Below, piece by piece: positions 1 through 9,801 of a stretch of 64,000 nucleotides of DNA. The first letter of the stretch is position 1. Each line of letters opens with the position of its first letter. The notes under the pieces are model-generated. The model was given only the letters and a program-made list of their open reading frames with translations, was not told the origin of the DNA and did not search any database. Location of the stretch: sequence record PV740454.1; one strand, written 5' to 3'. A program made the translations under genes and the position numbers.

Positions 1-206
1 AATTGATTTTCTCGGGTGGTGATGTTCATCTTTACGAAGATCACGTGATTCAAGTTCTACAGCAAATACGTCGTGAACCACGTAAGCTGCCGCAAATTGA
101 ACTTCCTGAATTTGATACGTTGTCACAACTGTTGACTAAACGTGCAAGTGATTTCGTAATTTACGACTACGACCCATACCCGACACTGAAAGGTAAAATG
201 TCATGA
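1..206 (+). CDS. td: Thymidylate synthase, C-terminal end (partial)
   Basis: GGDVHLYEDH matches the TS GDxH(I/L)YxxH motif; ends with the TS-like YDPYPTLKGKMS. Confidence 0.85.
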   Translation, partial: LIFSGGDVHLYEDHVIQVLQQIRREPRKLPQIELPEFDTLSQLLTKRASDFVIYDYDPYPTLKGKMS

Positions 207-400
207 TCAGTAAAACAGATTATTTTGATTTGAAAGTAGGTACGCCAATCATTGTGATTGAGCGTATTGACACTATCGACGGCGAGCTTCTAAAGCTCCC
301 GTTTAGTAAAGTTGTTGCAGCAGACGATCCAGAAATCGGATACGCACTAGCTGACGGTAAAATCCACTATCTTTTTGACTTTGAAATTGGGGAACGCTAA
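203..400 (+). CDS. Hypothetical protein
   Basis: ATGA overlap with td stop; coupled to next ORF. Confidence 0.6.
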   Translation: MISKTDYFDLKVGTPIIVIERIDTIDGELLKLPFSKVVAADDPEIGYALADGKIHYLFDFEIGER

Positions 401-690
401 TGGCACTGCATATTTACGTAGAAGTAGACACCAACGACGGTGATTACGTTGGTTCGCTGACTGCTGCATCAAGTGAAGAAATCGAACGATTTGAAACGCT
501 TGTACACAAGTCTGGTGATAGTCTAGCAAGCTGGACAGAAGGCGAATGTCAAGAGCGCCCGAATTCAGAAGTATATCCTGAGTTCAGCGAAAATGACATT
601 GAGTTCATTTCTGACAAAATGCCTTACTGTGAATACGGGTTTCACACAGTTGAAGTAATTAAAATCGTGGACGTGTTGAATACATTATGA
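400..690 (+). CDS. Hypothetical acidic protein
   Basis: TAATG coupling; 96 aa ORF. Confidence 0.65.
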   Translation: MALHIYVEVDTNDGDYVGSLTAASSEEIERFETLVHKSGDSLASWTEGECQERPNSEVYPEFSENDIEFISDKMPYCEYGFHTVEVIKIVDVLNTL

Positions 691-1010
691 TTAATGAAGT
701 ACTAGAAGTAAGTAAGCGCGTCGATAACGGTCGTTGTGTTCGTGATGTATTGGCGAGCGCCGTTGAAGAGCAAGGCGAACTGGCAACTGAAGTTCGCATC
801 AAGTACGGTACATCGTACAAAACTGCTGATGTTGATGGTATCATAGGTGAAGCAGTAGACGGGATTTTGTGTCTACTTGACTTGATTTACGTTGATAACC
901 CAGACGTAACAGAAGCTGAAATCATGCAAGTTGTTCGCACTAAGCTAGCCAAATGGGAGCGCAAAGAAAGCGAACATAAACTCAAACAAACTGAAGAAAT
1001 GGTGAAATAA
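687..1010 (+). CDS. MazG-like NTP pyrophosphohydrolase
   Basis: VEEQGELA...GEAVDGILCLLD matches the EExxE...ExxD all-helical MazG pattern. Confidence 0.7.
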   Translation: MINEVLEVSKRVDNGRCVRDVLASAVEEQGELATEVRIKYGTSYKTADVDGIIGEAVDGILCLLDLIYVDNPDVTEAEIMQVVRTKLAKWERKESEHKLKQTEEMVK

Positions 1011-1307
1011 ATGACACAACGTTACTCTTTTGAAGAAATTCTTGGCGAAGACTACGAAGAAAAAGATTATCTTGACTTTCTATTGGATGGTTATGGTGAT
1101 TATGGCGACGCGAAATTAGTAGACCAAGACGGTGGTGGTGAAGGCGGCTCAGAATACTGTTACTCAATTATTGAGAAAGGCGGTCGATTCTTCAAGACTG
1201 AATACAGCTACTACAGCTACCATGGTTACGACAACTACGGGGATCACTTCGTCGAAGTTTACCCAAAGCAAGTTACAATCACGCAGTACGTGAGCACTCC
1301 TCAGTAA
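1011..1307 (+). CDS. Hypothetical Tyr/acidic-rich phage protein
   Basis: 98 aa ORF abutting both neighbours. Confidence 0.65.
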   Translation: MTQRYSFEEILGEDYEEKDYLDFLLDGYGDYGDAKLVDQDGGGEGGSEYCYSIIEKGGRFFKTEYSYYSYHGYDNYGDHFVEVYPKQVTITQYVSTPQ

Positions 1308-2068
1308 TGCGTATTGTTGTCGGGTCAACTGCGTTGCATCATAATGGAATTCGACTGCGTAAGACCATTAAAGATCTAGATGTATTCGTAGACTCTCCCG
1401 ACTCGGCTAACGATGGGGATGATTTCATTGTCATTCCCGTTGAAATCTTGCAGATGTTCGACGGTGAGATAGCAACTGCTGACGAAGTTTACACGATTAA
1501 GTGCAGTCATCTTGGTTGGGATGAGCATAAAGTCGGGTATAGTCAGTTTGGTGGGTCAACATTGTGGGACAAGCATAAGCGTGATGTTATCGCGCTATCA
1601 AGATTCTGCAAGATTAAGCCTGAGCTATACGCAGCGTTGACCAATCACTGGCGAAGTGAACTTGGAAATAAAGATTATCTGTCATTGAACAAAGATGCAG
1701 ATGATTTCTTTAATGACAAGGTTCGATACGTGTACGATCACGATGAACTACATCGAATGGTTGCTGCGCCAAATCGCCCGTTGTATGAGAAAATTCTCAA
1801 AGACGAATGTGATGTATTCGTCAGTAAAGAAAAGTTCGAACAGTTGTCATTCGAAGACAAAATCAATTTGTTTCACGAAGAAATTACGGTTATTGCTATT
1901 GAGCGTTACATCGTTCATGGTATGATGCCGTTGAATGCGTGGAATCATGCGTTGAAGAAGACAATTACGAGACTTACCAAGAACTGGGCATGTGATTTCA
2001 TTTGTGCAAACATGAGTCATTACATCAAGCCGAAATACAATTTGAATATTTTAGAAGAAAAGGGTTGA
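1307..2068 (+). CDS. Putative Pol-beta-like nucleotidyltransferase
   Basis: N-terminal VVGSTAL...KDLDVF (GS...DxD motif). Confidence 0.6.
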   Translation: MRIVVGSTALHHNGIRLRKTIKDLDVFVDSPDSANDGDDFIVIPVEILQMFDGEIATADEVYTIKCSHLGWDEHKVGYSQFGGSTLWDKHKRDVIALSRFCKIKPELYAALTNHWRSELGNKDYLSLNKDADDFFNDKVRYVYDHDELHRMVAAPNRPLYEKILKDECDVFVSKEKFEQLSFEDKINLFHEEITVIAIERYIVHGMMPLNAWNHALKKTITRLTKNWACDFICANMSHYIKPKYNLNILEEKG

Positions 2069-2138
2069 CAGATGTCAGCCCTTTTTTGTATTATAGCTTT
2101 ATCGAAACGACATCGACTAACAAAGAGAGAACATTATG
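2062..2138 (+). promoter_or_regulatory. Terminator-promoter cassette with conserved leader (copy 1)
   Basis: GGGTTGACA-gat-GTCAGCCC-T6 hairpin contains -35 TTGACA (2065); -10 TATTAT (2089); leader ATCGAAACGACATCGACTAACAAAGAGAGAACATTATG. Confidence 0.85.
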
Positions 2139-2462
2139 AATGACTTAACTAAATTCGACATCAGATTTTCTGAAATCAAAGTTGTTTACTCTGATGCAGA
2201 TCATCAGAAAGTAGCAATGCGTATCGAAGATGGTACAATTATGTTGCATGAAGTTTTGTTCATGGATGCGAAAGGTTCATGTTGTGAAACTCGTAAACTT
2301 TGGAGCACTAAAGTTGAAAAGAAATGTGCATGGCCAGGTTACGAATCAGCTCAATTAGTTGATAAAATCAAAGCAGCAGGTAAAGTGTCACTTCGTCACT
2401 GGCGTGCTGCATCTAAAGCAGATTACGAACTATTTCGTTTAACAGAAGCATTCGAGGGTTAA
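2136..2462 (+). CDS. Hypothetical early protein
   Basis: Directly behind promoter cassette and GAGAG RBS. Confidence 0.75.
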   Translation: MNDLTKFDIRFSEIKVVYSDADHQKVAMRIEDGTIMLHEVLFMDAKGSCCETRKLWSTKVEKKCAWPGYESAQLVDKIKAAGKVSLRHWRAASKADYELFRLTEAFEG

Positions 2463-2464
2463 TC

Positions 2465-2869
2465 ATGTCTGAAGTTTACCAAATGTGGGAAAAGAAAATC
2501 GAACGTCTTGGCGAAATGCACAAGAAAATCTATGACATGGGTCAGCTTGCTGCTGGTGACGAAGGCAAGTATATTTTCAAAACTGAAATGAAGCGTGAGC
2601 ATCTATCACGCGAGATTTCGCATGATATTGACCACAAAGGTATAGACTTGCACCATCTTATGTACAAAGGTTTGTACGAGACAGCACGCGAATATCAAGG
2701 TGCAATCATGATTTTCTGTAAAGAAATGCCGTTGAAACAGCGTCGAGAACTGTTCGACAAGATTCGCGCCGTGTTTAACATTGATGCTTATACAGACGAA
2801 GCATGGGAAAAGGTACTCAAGCAGTTCAAAGGTTCATTGGTAGATCAGGGATTCATGTCAGGAGAATAA
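2465..2869 (+). CDS. Hypothetical protein
   Basis: 134 aa ORF in operon. Confidence 0.7.
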   Translation: MSEVYQMWEKKIERLGEMHKKIYDMGQLAAGDEGKYIFKTEMKREHLSREISHDIDHKGIDLHHLMYKGLYETAREYQGAIMIFCKEMPLKQRRELFDKIRAVFNIDAYTDEAWEKVLKQFKGSLVDQGFMSGE

Positions 2870-2871
2870 TT

Positions 2872-3579
2872 ATGAGCAGTTATCGTGTAAAGAAAGAAGA
2901 GTGTCAGAAACGTGGTATCGCGTTCAATTTCACTGAAGAGCAATGGAAAACATTACAAAACATGAAAAATGGTGGTCGTTGTGCATACACGAATCATCCA
3001 TTCAAGTCAGGCTGTGTGAAAATGCGTGCGACTGTTGAGCGAATCGACGAGTCAATGCCATATGAACCGACGAACTGTGTTCTTGTGACTCAACTTGCGA
3101 ACAATGTAAAGTGCAAATACATCGAGCAGAATCAGCCAATCAGCAGTGCAACACCAGAACAAGCGCACACACTGAAAACGATTAAGAAATTTCTTTCTGA
3201 CAGCAAGCGTGTTAAGCGAGTCGTTCAATCATATGTTGACAAGTACAAAGGGTTGGTTATTGAAACACCGACGAGTGATTTAGACATCACTAAACTATAC
3301 GTGAAATATGCGACTGAAGCACAGCGCAAAGGTAAGCACTTTGAAATCACGATAGGCGACTTCAAACGCACTGTATCGCGTAAACAGTGTCAAGTCAGTA
3401 AAGTACTACTGCCTAGCATCAAACAGCGCGTAGTGCGCGTTATAGACGATTCTAAGCCTATTACACGTGATAACATTCAAGTAACGTCGCAGCAAATCGA
3501 CGAAATCATGACTTCTATTGAAGAATTAGACATGACACCAGCGCAGAAACGCGCATTGATGAAGAACTTGGGGGCATAA
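2872..3579 (+). CDS. srd: T4 Srd-like protein
   Basis: KRGIAFNFT...CAYTNHPF...TVERIDESMPYEPTNCV resembles T4 Srd (KRRSKDFNL...CAYSGEPF...SLERFD); second degenerate repeat RKGKHFEIT; start after GGAG RBS. Confidence 0.6.
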   Translation: MSSYRVKKEECQKRGIAFNFTEEQWKTLQNMKNGGRCAYTNHPFKSGCVKMRATVERIDESMPYEPTNCVLVTQLANNVKCKYIEQNQPISSATPEQAHTLKTIKKFLSDSKRVKRVVQSYVDKYKGLVIETPTSDLDITKLYVKYATEAQRKGKHFEITIGDFKRTVSRKQCQVSKVLLPSIKQRVVRVIDDSKPITRDNIQVTSQQIDEIMTSIEELDMTPAQKRALMKNLGA

Positions 3580-3580
3580 T

Positions 3581-3835
3581 ATGGCTAAATTAGTAGAAGT
3601 TTACTCAACACCTGCAAAGAAAGTTAATATCGCTGGTGTCGATCTTGTTGTAGAGAATCGATTCAATTACGTGACTATCGACCAATCAGGTGCTGTATGG
3701 GCTTATGAAGATTCTCCTATTCTTTGCAACGATGGTGATGGGGCGTATTGGGATGCTTGGTCTGGTGAGACTGATGGTATTGCGCAATTCAGTGATGTGA
3801 CTGAAGAAGAGTTCACTAAATTATACGAGGTGTAA
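3581..3835 (+). CDS. Small hypothetical protein, paralog 1
   Basis: YVTIDQSGAVWAYEDSP motif shared with next ORF. Confidence 0.7.
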   Translation: MAKLVEVYSTPAKKVNIAGVDLVVENRFNYVTIDQSGAVWAYEDSPILCNDGDGAYWDAWSGETDGIAQFSDVTEEEFTKLYEV

Positions 3836-3836
3836 T

Positions 3837-4097
3837 GTGAGTAAATTATTAACAATGCACAAGGGTTGCATGACAGTTGTGATGGTTAGTGGTGTTCCAA
3901 TAGTCGTTGATCATGAAACTGAATACGTAACTGTAGACCGAAACGGTTATGTCACTGGGTGGACTGATCGACCATACTTCGACGAAGAAGAACAGACGTG
4001 GTCGTGTTTTGAGCTTTACGGTGAAGAGTGGCATTTAGCAACAATCTCAAATCCAACAAAAGAAGCAGTCGAAACGCTAATCGAGGTGTATGAATGA
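3837..4097 (+). CDS. Small hypothetical protein, paralog 2
   Basis: YVTVDRNGYVTGWTDRP motif. Confidence 0.7.
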   Translation: MSKLLTMHKGCMTVVMVSGVPIVVDHETEYVTVDRNGYVTGWTDRPYFDEEEQTWSCFELYGEEWHLATISNPTKEAVETLIEVYE

Positions 4098-4462
4098 ATA
4101 ATATCATGCAAGAGCTTGCTAGGGAATATCGCAAATCTGATAAGCATAAGAAAGATCTACACTGTGACATCTTTCTAATCCCTTGTGACAAAGATGGTGA
4201 CATTGAATCGAAATACATCAAAGAAACACTGCTTGAGGTGTATGACGAAATCAGGCGTTTCACTGGTCTTAGTCACGATGAAGTCAAAGAATGGTTTAAA
4301 GAACAGCCGTGCGATACGTGGTTTGGTAAGAAAATCACACATGAAGAAAAAGTTTATCTTTCGTTTTACGTGCGATACGATATACCTAAGAGTATGTTAA
4401 AGACATACGACATGAACAATTGGACTCAGGGTCCATCATTCAAAAATAAGGAAGTAACTTGA
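4094..4462 (+). CDS. Hypothetical protein
   Basis: ATGA overlap; 122 aa. Confidence 0.65.
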   Translation: MNNIMQELAREYRKSDKHKKDLHCDIFLIPCDKDGDIESKYIKETLLEVYDEIRRFTGLSHDEVKEWFKEQPCDTWFGKKITHEEKVYLSFYVRYDIPKSMLKTYDMNNWTQGPSFKNKEVT

Positions 4463-5220
4463 GAATTTTCATTTTTAGCGGTGCTGGTCTTGATGCAGAA
4501 TCAGGCATCAGCACGTTTCGTGATGCAAATGGTTTGTGGGAAAATCACGACATTATGCAAGTGTGTAATATCAACACATTCCGTGATAACTACGAGCTGA
4601 CACACAAGTTTTACAATCAGCGTCGTAAGCAATTAGCAGATGTACACCCGAATTCGGCGCACTTCAAAATCGCTGAGCTTTGCGAGAAGTACGACGTTGA
4701 TAACTACACTGCAAACGTATCTGACCTACTTGAGCGTGCGGGTTGTAAAGACGTGAAGCACATTCACGGTGAACTGACTAAAATCGAGTTGGATTACGCT
4801 AAACGTGATGGTAAAACAATCGACGTTGGTTACAGTGAGTTTGAACTGCGTGAAGGTCATTACGACAAACCAGCAGTTGTGTTCTTCAATGAAGGCGCAC
4901 CGATGTATACTGAATTCTGGGGTGCAATTGACACTTTATTGCCGACTGATATCGCGATTGTTGTTGGCTCGACACTTGAGATCAACCCAATTCATTGGGA
5001 TTTAGGTACGACTGGTTGTAAATTTATCTTAATCAACCCGACTGGTATTGATACTGAAAAACATTCTGCGTTGAACGAAGCAATTCGCATGTGTGACGTA
5101 TTCATCAACAAGCCAGCAACTGAGGCGTTCGATGAAATTGATAAGCACATTGAAGAACATATTTCTGTTCATTTTCCACATGGTCTCCCTGATCGCGGGA
5201 GCAATCGGGATAATTGTTAG
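4459..5220 (+). CDS. Sir2/CobB-family NAD-dependent deacylase
   Basis: IFSGAGLDAESGISTFRDANGLW, HPNSAH, TANVSDLLERAG, HIHGEL, VVGSTL. Confidence 0.92.
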   Translation: MRIFIFSGAGLDAESGISTFRDANGLWENHDIMQVCNINTFRDNYELTHKFYNQRRKQLADVHPNSAHFKIAELCEKYDVDNYTANVSDLLERAGCKDVKHIHGELTKIELDYAKRDGKTIDVGYSEFELREGHYDKPAVVFFNEGAPMYTEFWGAIDTLLPTDIAIVVGSTLEINPIHWDLGTTGCKFILINPTGIDTEKHSALNEAIRMCDVFINKPATEAFDEIDKHIEEHISVHFPHGLPDRGSNRDNC

Positions 5221-5354
5221 TGGTAGTGGCGCTGTTGCATCATTTGTAGCAGCGTTTTTACTCATTCTAGATAAGTTGTATATTTTAGCAGTATGCGCGT
5301 CTATACTAGGTGCATTGCTGACGTACTGCTATATTAAATTGAGTGAGGAACAAA

Positions 5355-7148
5355 ATGTCTAAGCAAGACGCATTTCAAATTTTATCAGACAAACAACACG
5401 TGCTTAAACGTCCCGGTATGTATATCGGGTCGGTTGACAGAGAAGCACATGACAGATTTGTATTAGGCGAATACAAGCAAATCGAATACGTCCCAGGTCT
5501 TGTTAAGATCATCAACGAAGTTATCGACAACTCATTAGATGAAGCGATTCGTACGAAATTCAAATTCGCAAACATCATCGAAGTTAAGATCGAGGGCAAT
5601 AGAATCACTGTCAGCGATAACGGTCGAGGTATTCCACAAGACACAGTAATCGATCCTGCTGGTAAAGAACTTCTTCGACCTGAAGCTGCATGGACTCGAA
5701 CTAAAGCAGGCAGTAACTTCGACGACGACAGAACAACAGTCGGTATGAACGGTGTTGGTGCTGCGTTGACAAACTATTTCAGTCATCAATTCATTGGTAA
5801 AACGTGTGACAGCAAAAACACAGTGACAGTAAGTTGTTCGAACAACGCTGATCGTATTTTTGTTCGTACGATGAAAGGTGGTACGCAAGGCACATCAGTT
5901 GAGTTCATTCCTGATTTCAATCGATTTGGTGTATTTGGTATTTCACCACAAGACGAAGAGATAATCAAAGATCGACTTGCGTCATTATCTGTTGCATTCC
6001 CTGAGATTACATTCAAGTACAACGGGAAGAAGCACGCACCAACATTGAAGCAATACGCAAAAATGTTCGGTACTGATGTTGCATTTGAATTTGATGACGT
6101 TGCGATTTTTATTGCAGCATCTGACGAGTTCAGACACAACAGCTTTATCAACGGTGTGAATACGAAGAACGGTGGCACTCACGTCGATTACTTTTCAAAT
6201 AAGTTAGCTGATGAGCTAATCCCGATGATCAAGCGTAAGCACAAAATCACAGTGCCTAAGCCACAGTTGAAAAACGGCTTGACAATTGGGTTGTTTATTC
6301 GTAACTTTGTAGATCCTAAGTTCGACAGTCAGACGAAAGAGCGTCTAACAAGTTCGCAAGGTGAAGTTTCACCATACTTGAAAGACATCGATTACGATAA
6401 GATTGCTAAGAAGATTCTAGCAGATGATGACATCATCATGCCGATCATCGAAGCATTGCTTGCAAAGCAACAAGCAGCAGAAGCACGCGAGTTAGCACGT
6501 AAGCAAAAGAAAGCCCAAACTGCTAAAGTTGCAGATCATATCAAAGCGTCGATGCCTGGCGGAACATTGTTCTTGACTGAAGGTAAGTCAGCGATTGGTT
6601 ATCTGATCAAAGTACGTGACAGTAAGAAACATGGTGGTATTCCTCTACGTGGTAAAGTACTGAGCACTTGGGGCAAGCGTCCCGCTGAGATTATGAAGAA
6701 CAAAGAGCTGAGTGATATCATGTCTGTATTGGGTCTTCAGCTTGGCAATGACGACATTCGAGATATGTACTATCATGATATTGGCATTTTAGTAGATGCT
6801 GATGTTGATGGTAAAGGTTCGATTTTCCCATTGTTGCTTGCGTTTTTCTACAATTGGCCAGAGCTATATAAACAGAAGCGAATCAAATTTGTACGCACGC
6901 CTGTTGTAATCGCCGCGAATAAGAAAGACACTAAGTGGTTCTACTCTCTTGAAGAGTATCGCAAAGCGAAGTTGGGAAGTACATGGAAGATTCGATACAT
7001 CAAGGGTCTGGGTTCTCTCACTGAGAAAGAATACAAGCGAGTTATCAACGAGCCAGTATTTGACGAAATTGTAATTGACGATCCAGATTTGTTTGAATTA
7101 TTGTTCGGTGATGATGCCGACAGACGTAAGGATTGGATGACCCAATGA
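5355..7148 (+). CDS. 39: DNA topoisomerase II large subunit (fused gp39+gp60, GyrB-like)
   Basis: HVLKRPGMYIGS, EVIDNSLDE, DNGRGIP, GMNGVG (GHKL ATPase); LTEGKSA, PLRGKVL, DADVDG, RYIKGLGS (TOPRIM). Confidence 0.97.
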   Translation: MSKQDAFQILSDKQHVLKRPGMYIGSVDREAHDRFVLGEYKQIEYVPGLVKIINEVIDNSLDEAIRTKFKFANIIEVKIEGNRITVSDNGRGIPQDTVIDPAGKELLRPEAAWTRTKAGSNFDDDRTTVGMNGVGAALTNYFSHQFIGKTCDSKNTVTVSCSNNADRIFVRTMKGGTQGTSVEFIPDFNRFGVFGISPQDEEIIKDRLASLSVAFPEITFKYNGKKHAPTLKQYAKMFGTDVAFEFDDVAIFIAASDEFRHNSFINGVNTKNGGTHVDYFSNKLADELIPMIKRKHKITVPKPQLKNGLTIGLFIRNFVDPKFDSQTKERLTSSQGEVSPYLKDIDYDKIAKKILADDDIIMPIIEALLAKQQAAEARELARKQKKAQTAKVADHIKASMPGGTLFLTEGKSAIGYLIKVRDSKKHGGIPLRGKVLSTWGKRPAEIMKNKELSDIMSVLGLQLGNDDIRDMYYHDIGILVDADVDGKGSIFPLLLAFFYNWPELYKQKRIKFVRTPVVIAANKKDTKWFYSLEEYRKAKLGSTWKIRYIKGLGSLTEKEYKRVINEPVFDEIVIDDPDLFELLFGDDADRRKDWMTQ

Positions 7149-7375
7149 TTACAGCAAAAGAAGCACGAGCACGCAGGAAGAAACTTCCTGCTGCTGTTCA
7201 AAACGCACTAGATGACTTGAATTTAGCGATTCAAGTCGCATCTCCGAGCAAGAATAGTGTAATGTATAAAACTGACAAATTGAGATCGACTGAGCGAGAC
7301 ATGCTGCGAGATATTCTAATCAGTCTTGGATACGATGCGTTCATTGTCGGTGAGAAACTAGAGGTTGTGTGGTGA
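7145..7375 (+). CDS. Small hypothetical protein, MITAxxAR family
   Basis: ATGA overlap with topoisomerase stop; similar to 8263..8523. Confidence 0.65.
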   Translation: MITAKEARARRKKLPAAVQNALDDLNLAIQVASPSKNSVMYKTDKLRSTERDMLRDILISLGYDAFIVGEKLEVVW

Positions 7376-7590
7376 TGGGCAATTTTGTAAGATCAACAGA
7401 AGATATGTGTCGCGACTTTCGCGCTGAGTTAAATCAAGCTGCGTGTTCACGTTCTGACTACTATCTTGTTCAGTTATATGCTGCATTTTTGACATTTGGA
7501 TTTGCATGTCAAATCGCGATATTCATTGCATTTTATGTCGTTTTTTGCATACCAACAACTGCGTTAGCTCGCTTGTTCGGGATTAAATAA
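7369..7590 (+). CDS. Hypothetical membrane protein
   Basis: Hydrophobic C-terminal half. Confidence 0.55.
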   Translation: MVMGNFVRSTEDMCRDFRAELNQAACSRSDYYLVQLYAAFLTFGFACQIAIFIAFYVVFCIPTTALARLFGIK

Positions 7591-7608
7591 CAGACGGAGG
7601 TGGCAATT

Positions 7609-7869
7609 ATGCTAAAGTCTTTTATTGAACTGAACGAAATGACATACCAAGAGTTGCGTGATCTCACGATCAATGAGATTCACGCACTTGTTAAGAAGCT
7701 GAAGCGACAGCTTCCTAAAGAGTACAAAGACATTATCGATCTACTTGAACCAGACATGTACGAAGATCTGATTGCAGAAATCGCATATGATGGTGGGTTG
7801 AAAGGTAAGAAATTTACAAATTTGAAGATCCCAAAGCGAATCTTAGATAGGTACGCTGACTACTTTTGA
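7609..7869 (+). CDS. Candidate internal head protein
   Basis: N-terminus MLKSFIELNE resembles the capsid-targeting sequence; ATTAAATA at 7582; GGAGG RBS. Confidence 0.55.
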   Translation: MLKSFIELNEMTYQELRDLTINEIHALVKKLKRQLPKEYKDIIDLLEPDMYEDLIAEIAYDGGLKGKKFTNLKIPKRILDRYADYF

Positions 7870-7879
7870 GAGAAATATT

Positions 7880-8266
7880 ATGTTTGACGCTGCTAGTGTT
7901 CGCGGTAATTATCACAGGAAGCAAAGTCCAGAACATCAAAAAGAAATCAACGAACTGCAAGATTTTTTGTTTAACACGTTGATGACTATTGATAAGATAT
8001 CTAAAACAGAGCTTGAAACTAATTTTGGTGTTCCTGCGAAATTTTATGAAATAGTTGTTGACGAGTTAGAGAATTTAGGTTATCATGTTAGAGCAGTGCA
8101 AGATACGTATCATTTAGATAACATGCTTGACTTGCGAAAACCATCAAAATTCGAATACATCACGTACAAATCACACGAAGACGCAGTAAGACACGTCAAT
8201 AGTGTTCTTCGTGCCGGTGACAATACTCGAATGATACTAACACGAATATCTTGGAGACGAGCATGA
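7880..8266 (+). CDS. Hypothetical protein
   Basis: GAGAG RBS; 128 aa. Confidence 0.65.
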   Translation: MFDAASVRGNYHRKQSPEHQKEINELQDFLFNTLMTIDKISKTELETNFGVPAKFYEIVVDELENLGYHVRAVQDTYHLDNMLDLRKPSKFEYITYKSHEDAVRHVNSVLRAGDNTRMILTRISWRRA

Positions 8267-8523
8267 TTACAGCGGAAAAAGCAAGAGCGAGAGCAATTCG
8301 CAACCTGAAGTTGCAATTCGATACTGAAGATCTCGAACACGTCGAAGACAAAATTTACGAAGCTGTTGATGAGTGTCGTTTCGCAATCACAATCAAAATG
8401 AATGATGAAATGCCGAACACAACGAGTCACAAGCACAAACGTCTTCTAATCGAGTATCTACGACTGAATGGCTACAATGCGTTTTATGTCGCTGACATTT
8501 TGGAGATTCGATGGCAGATCTAA
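8263..8523 (+). CDS. Small hypothetical protein, MITAxxAR family
   Basis: MITAEKARAR...YLRLNGY...LEIRW parallels 7145..7375. Confidence 0.65.
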   Translation: MITAEKARARAIRNLKLQFDTEDLEHVEDKIYEAVDECRFAITIKMNDEMPNTTSHKHKRLLIEYLRLNGYNAFYVADILEIRWQI

Positions 8524-9239
8524 AAGTTTATTACTGTAGTGACATTCACAACGATTATCACGAAACAAACGCGCTAGAAACGCTTGTAGGCGACAAGAAT
8601 GCTGTACTAGTAGTAGCGGGTGACATTAACAGCAAAGGGCGCACTGTGCGCGATTTAGAAGCTGTTGCTGATCGCTGGCGTGCTATTATAGCAGTGCCTG
8701 GTAATCACGACTGGTGGGGTCTTGCTATTCACGAGACTCACAAGTTCGAAACTACGCTTGACAATGTGCATGTGCTAATGGAAGACACTGTTGTTATTGA
8801 CGACGTGACATTCTGTGGTACTACACTGTGGCATGAAATCAACGACTGGTTTGAAGGTCAGCGTTGGAAAGAGACAATGAACGACCGTAAAAAGATTCGG
8901 GGACCTCAGTGGCGCGGATTATATGGCGAAGACGTTCATGCAATGCATAAACAAGCTGTTAAGTTCATTGAGAAATGTCGTGATATTGAAGGCAAGAAAG
9001 TGCTTATTACGCATCACGCACCGTCACGCAAGAGCATTTCGTCGTATTATCTTTATTCGCCGACGAATAGTTTTTATTGCACTGACCTCGAACACTTGCT
9101 AGAGGGGTTTGATTTTGCAATTCATGGTCATGTTCATCAAGAATTTGACTATCACGTAAATGGCTGTAATGTAGTGTGTAACCCACATGCATACGGCTCA
9201 GAAAACCCAGAATATGGGATTAGGATTTTTGACATATGA
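8511..9239 (+). CDS. Calcineurin-like metallophosphoesterase
   Basis: SDIH, AGDI, PGNHD, THHAP, HGHVH motifs. Confidence 0.9.
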   Translation: MADLKVYYCSDIHNDYHETNALETLVGDKNAVLVVAGDINSKGRTVRDLEAVADRWRAIIAVPGNHDWWGLAIHETHKFETTLDNVHVLMEDTVVIDDVTFCGTTLWHEINDWFEGQRWKETMNDRKKIRGPQWRGLYGEDVHAMHKQAVKFIEKCRDIEGKKVLITHHAPSRKSISSYYLYSPTNSFYCTDLEHLLEGFDFAIHGHVHQEFDYHVNGCNVVCNPHAYGSENPEYGIRIFDI

Positions 9240-9451
9240 TGTTTTTGACACTGTACATTCTAATTGGTGCTCTATTGACAATTGCAATGGGTGACCGTCT
9301 TGATGACAACTTTAAACAGATCTCTGATGGTGAAGCTTCAAATACTGCGATCAAAATCTTTTCGGTATTTGCATCACCGCTGCTTGCAGTAGTGCTGATC
9401 ATCGTATATATCGTTAAATTTGGTATGCTTATTGTGAAAAAAGCTGATTAA
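9236..9451 (+). CDS. Hypothetical two-TM membrane protein
   Basis: Two hydrophobic segments. Confidence 0.55.
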   Translation: MMFLTLYILIGALLTIAMGDRLDDNFKQISDGEASNTAIKIFSVFASPLLAVVLIIVYIVKFGMLIVKKAD

Positions 9452-9496
9452 ATTGTCATTAAATACGTGCGTCAATTAATAATCAAAAGGTAAAAT

Positions 9497-9742
9497 ATGA
9501 CGCACGATTTGAATATGCTTCTAGAGCAGTACAACCTCGCGAATTACGAATGCGACGGTGATTTTGAAGACTATTACTGGTCGGTTGCAGAATGGATTGG
9601 TCAGACTGTATTCAGTCATGGAACGATTCGCAAGCACGATATCCTTGAATTGCTATGCGATTTACTTGAAATATCAGAAGATGACATCAATGTCGATGAC
9701 GTTGATGAGTTTCTTTCTGAAGCTTATGAGGTACTTGATTAA
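9497..9742 (+). CDS. Hypothetical acidic protein
   Basis: AAGG RBS; 81 aa. Confidence 0.6.
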   Translation: MTHDLNMLLEQYNLANYECDGDFEDYYWSVAEWIGQTVFSHGTIRKHDILELLCDLLEISEDDINVDDVDEFLSEAYEVLD

Positions 9743-9801
9743 TGAAGAAATTTCATCGTAAGGAGTTGTTTCACTGAGTAACTTAACTTGGAGAAACAAC
9801 A

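Noticed and set aside
5093-5362. Hydrophobic ORF overlapping the Sir2 3' end
   Set aside because: Start uncertain and about 130-nt overlap; it may be real with a later start, but it is not supportable as listed
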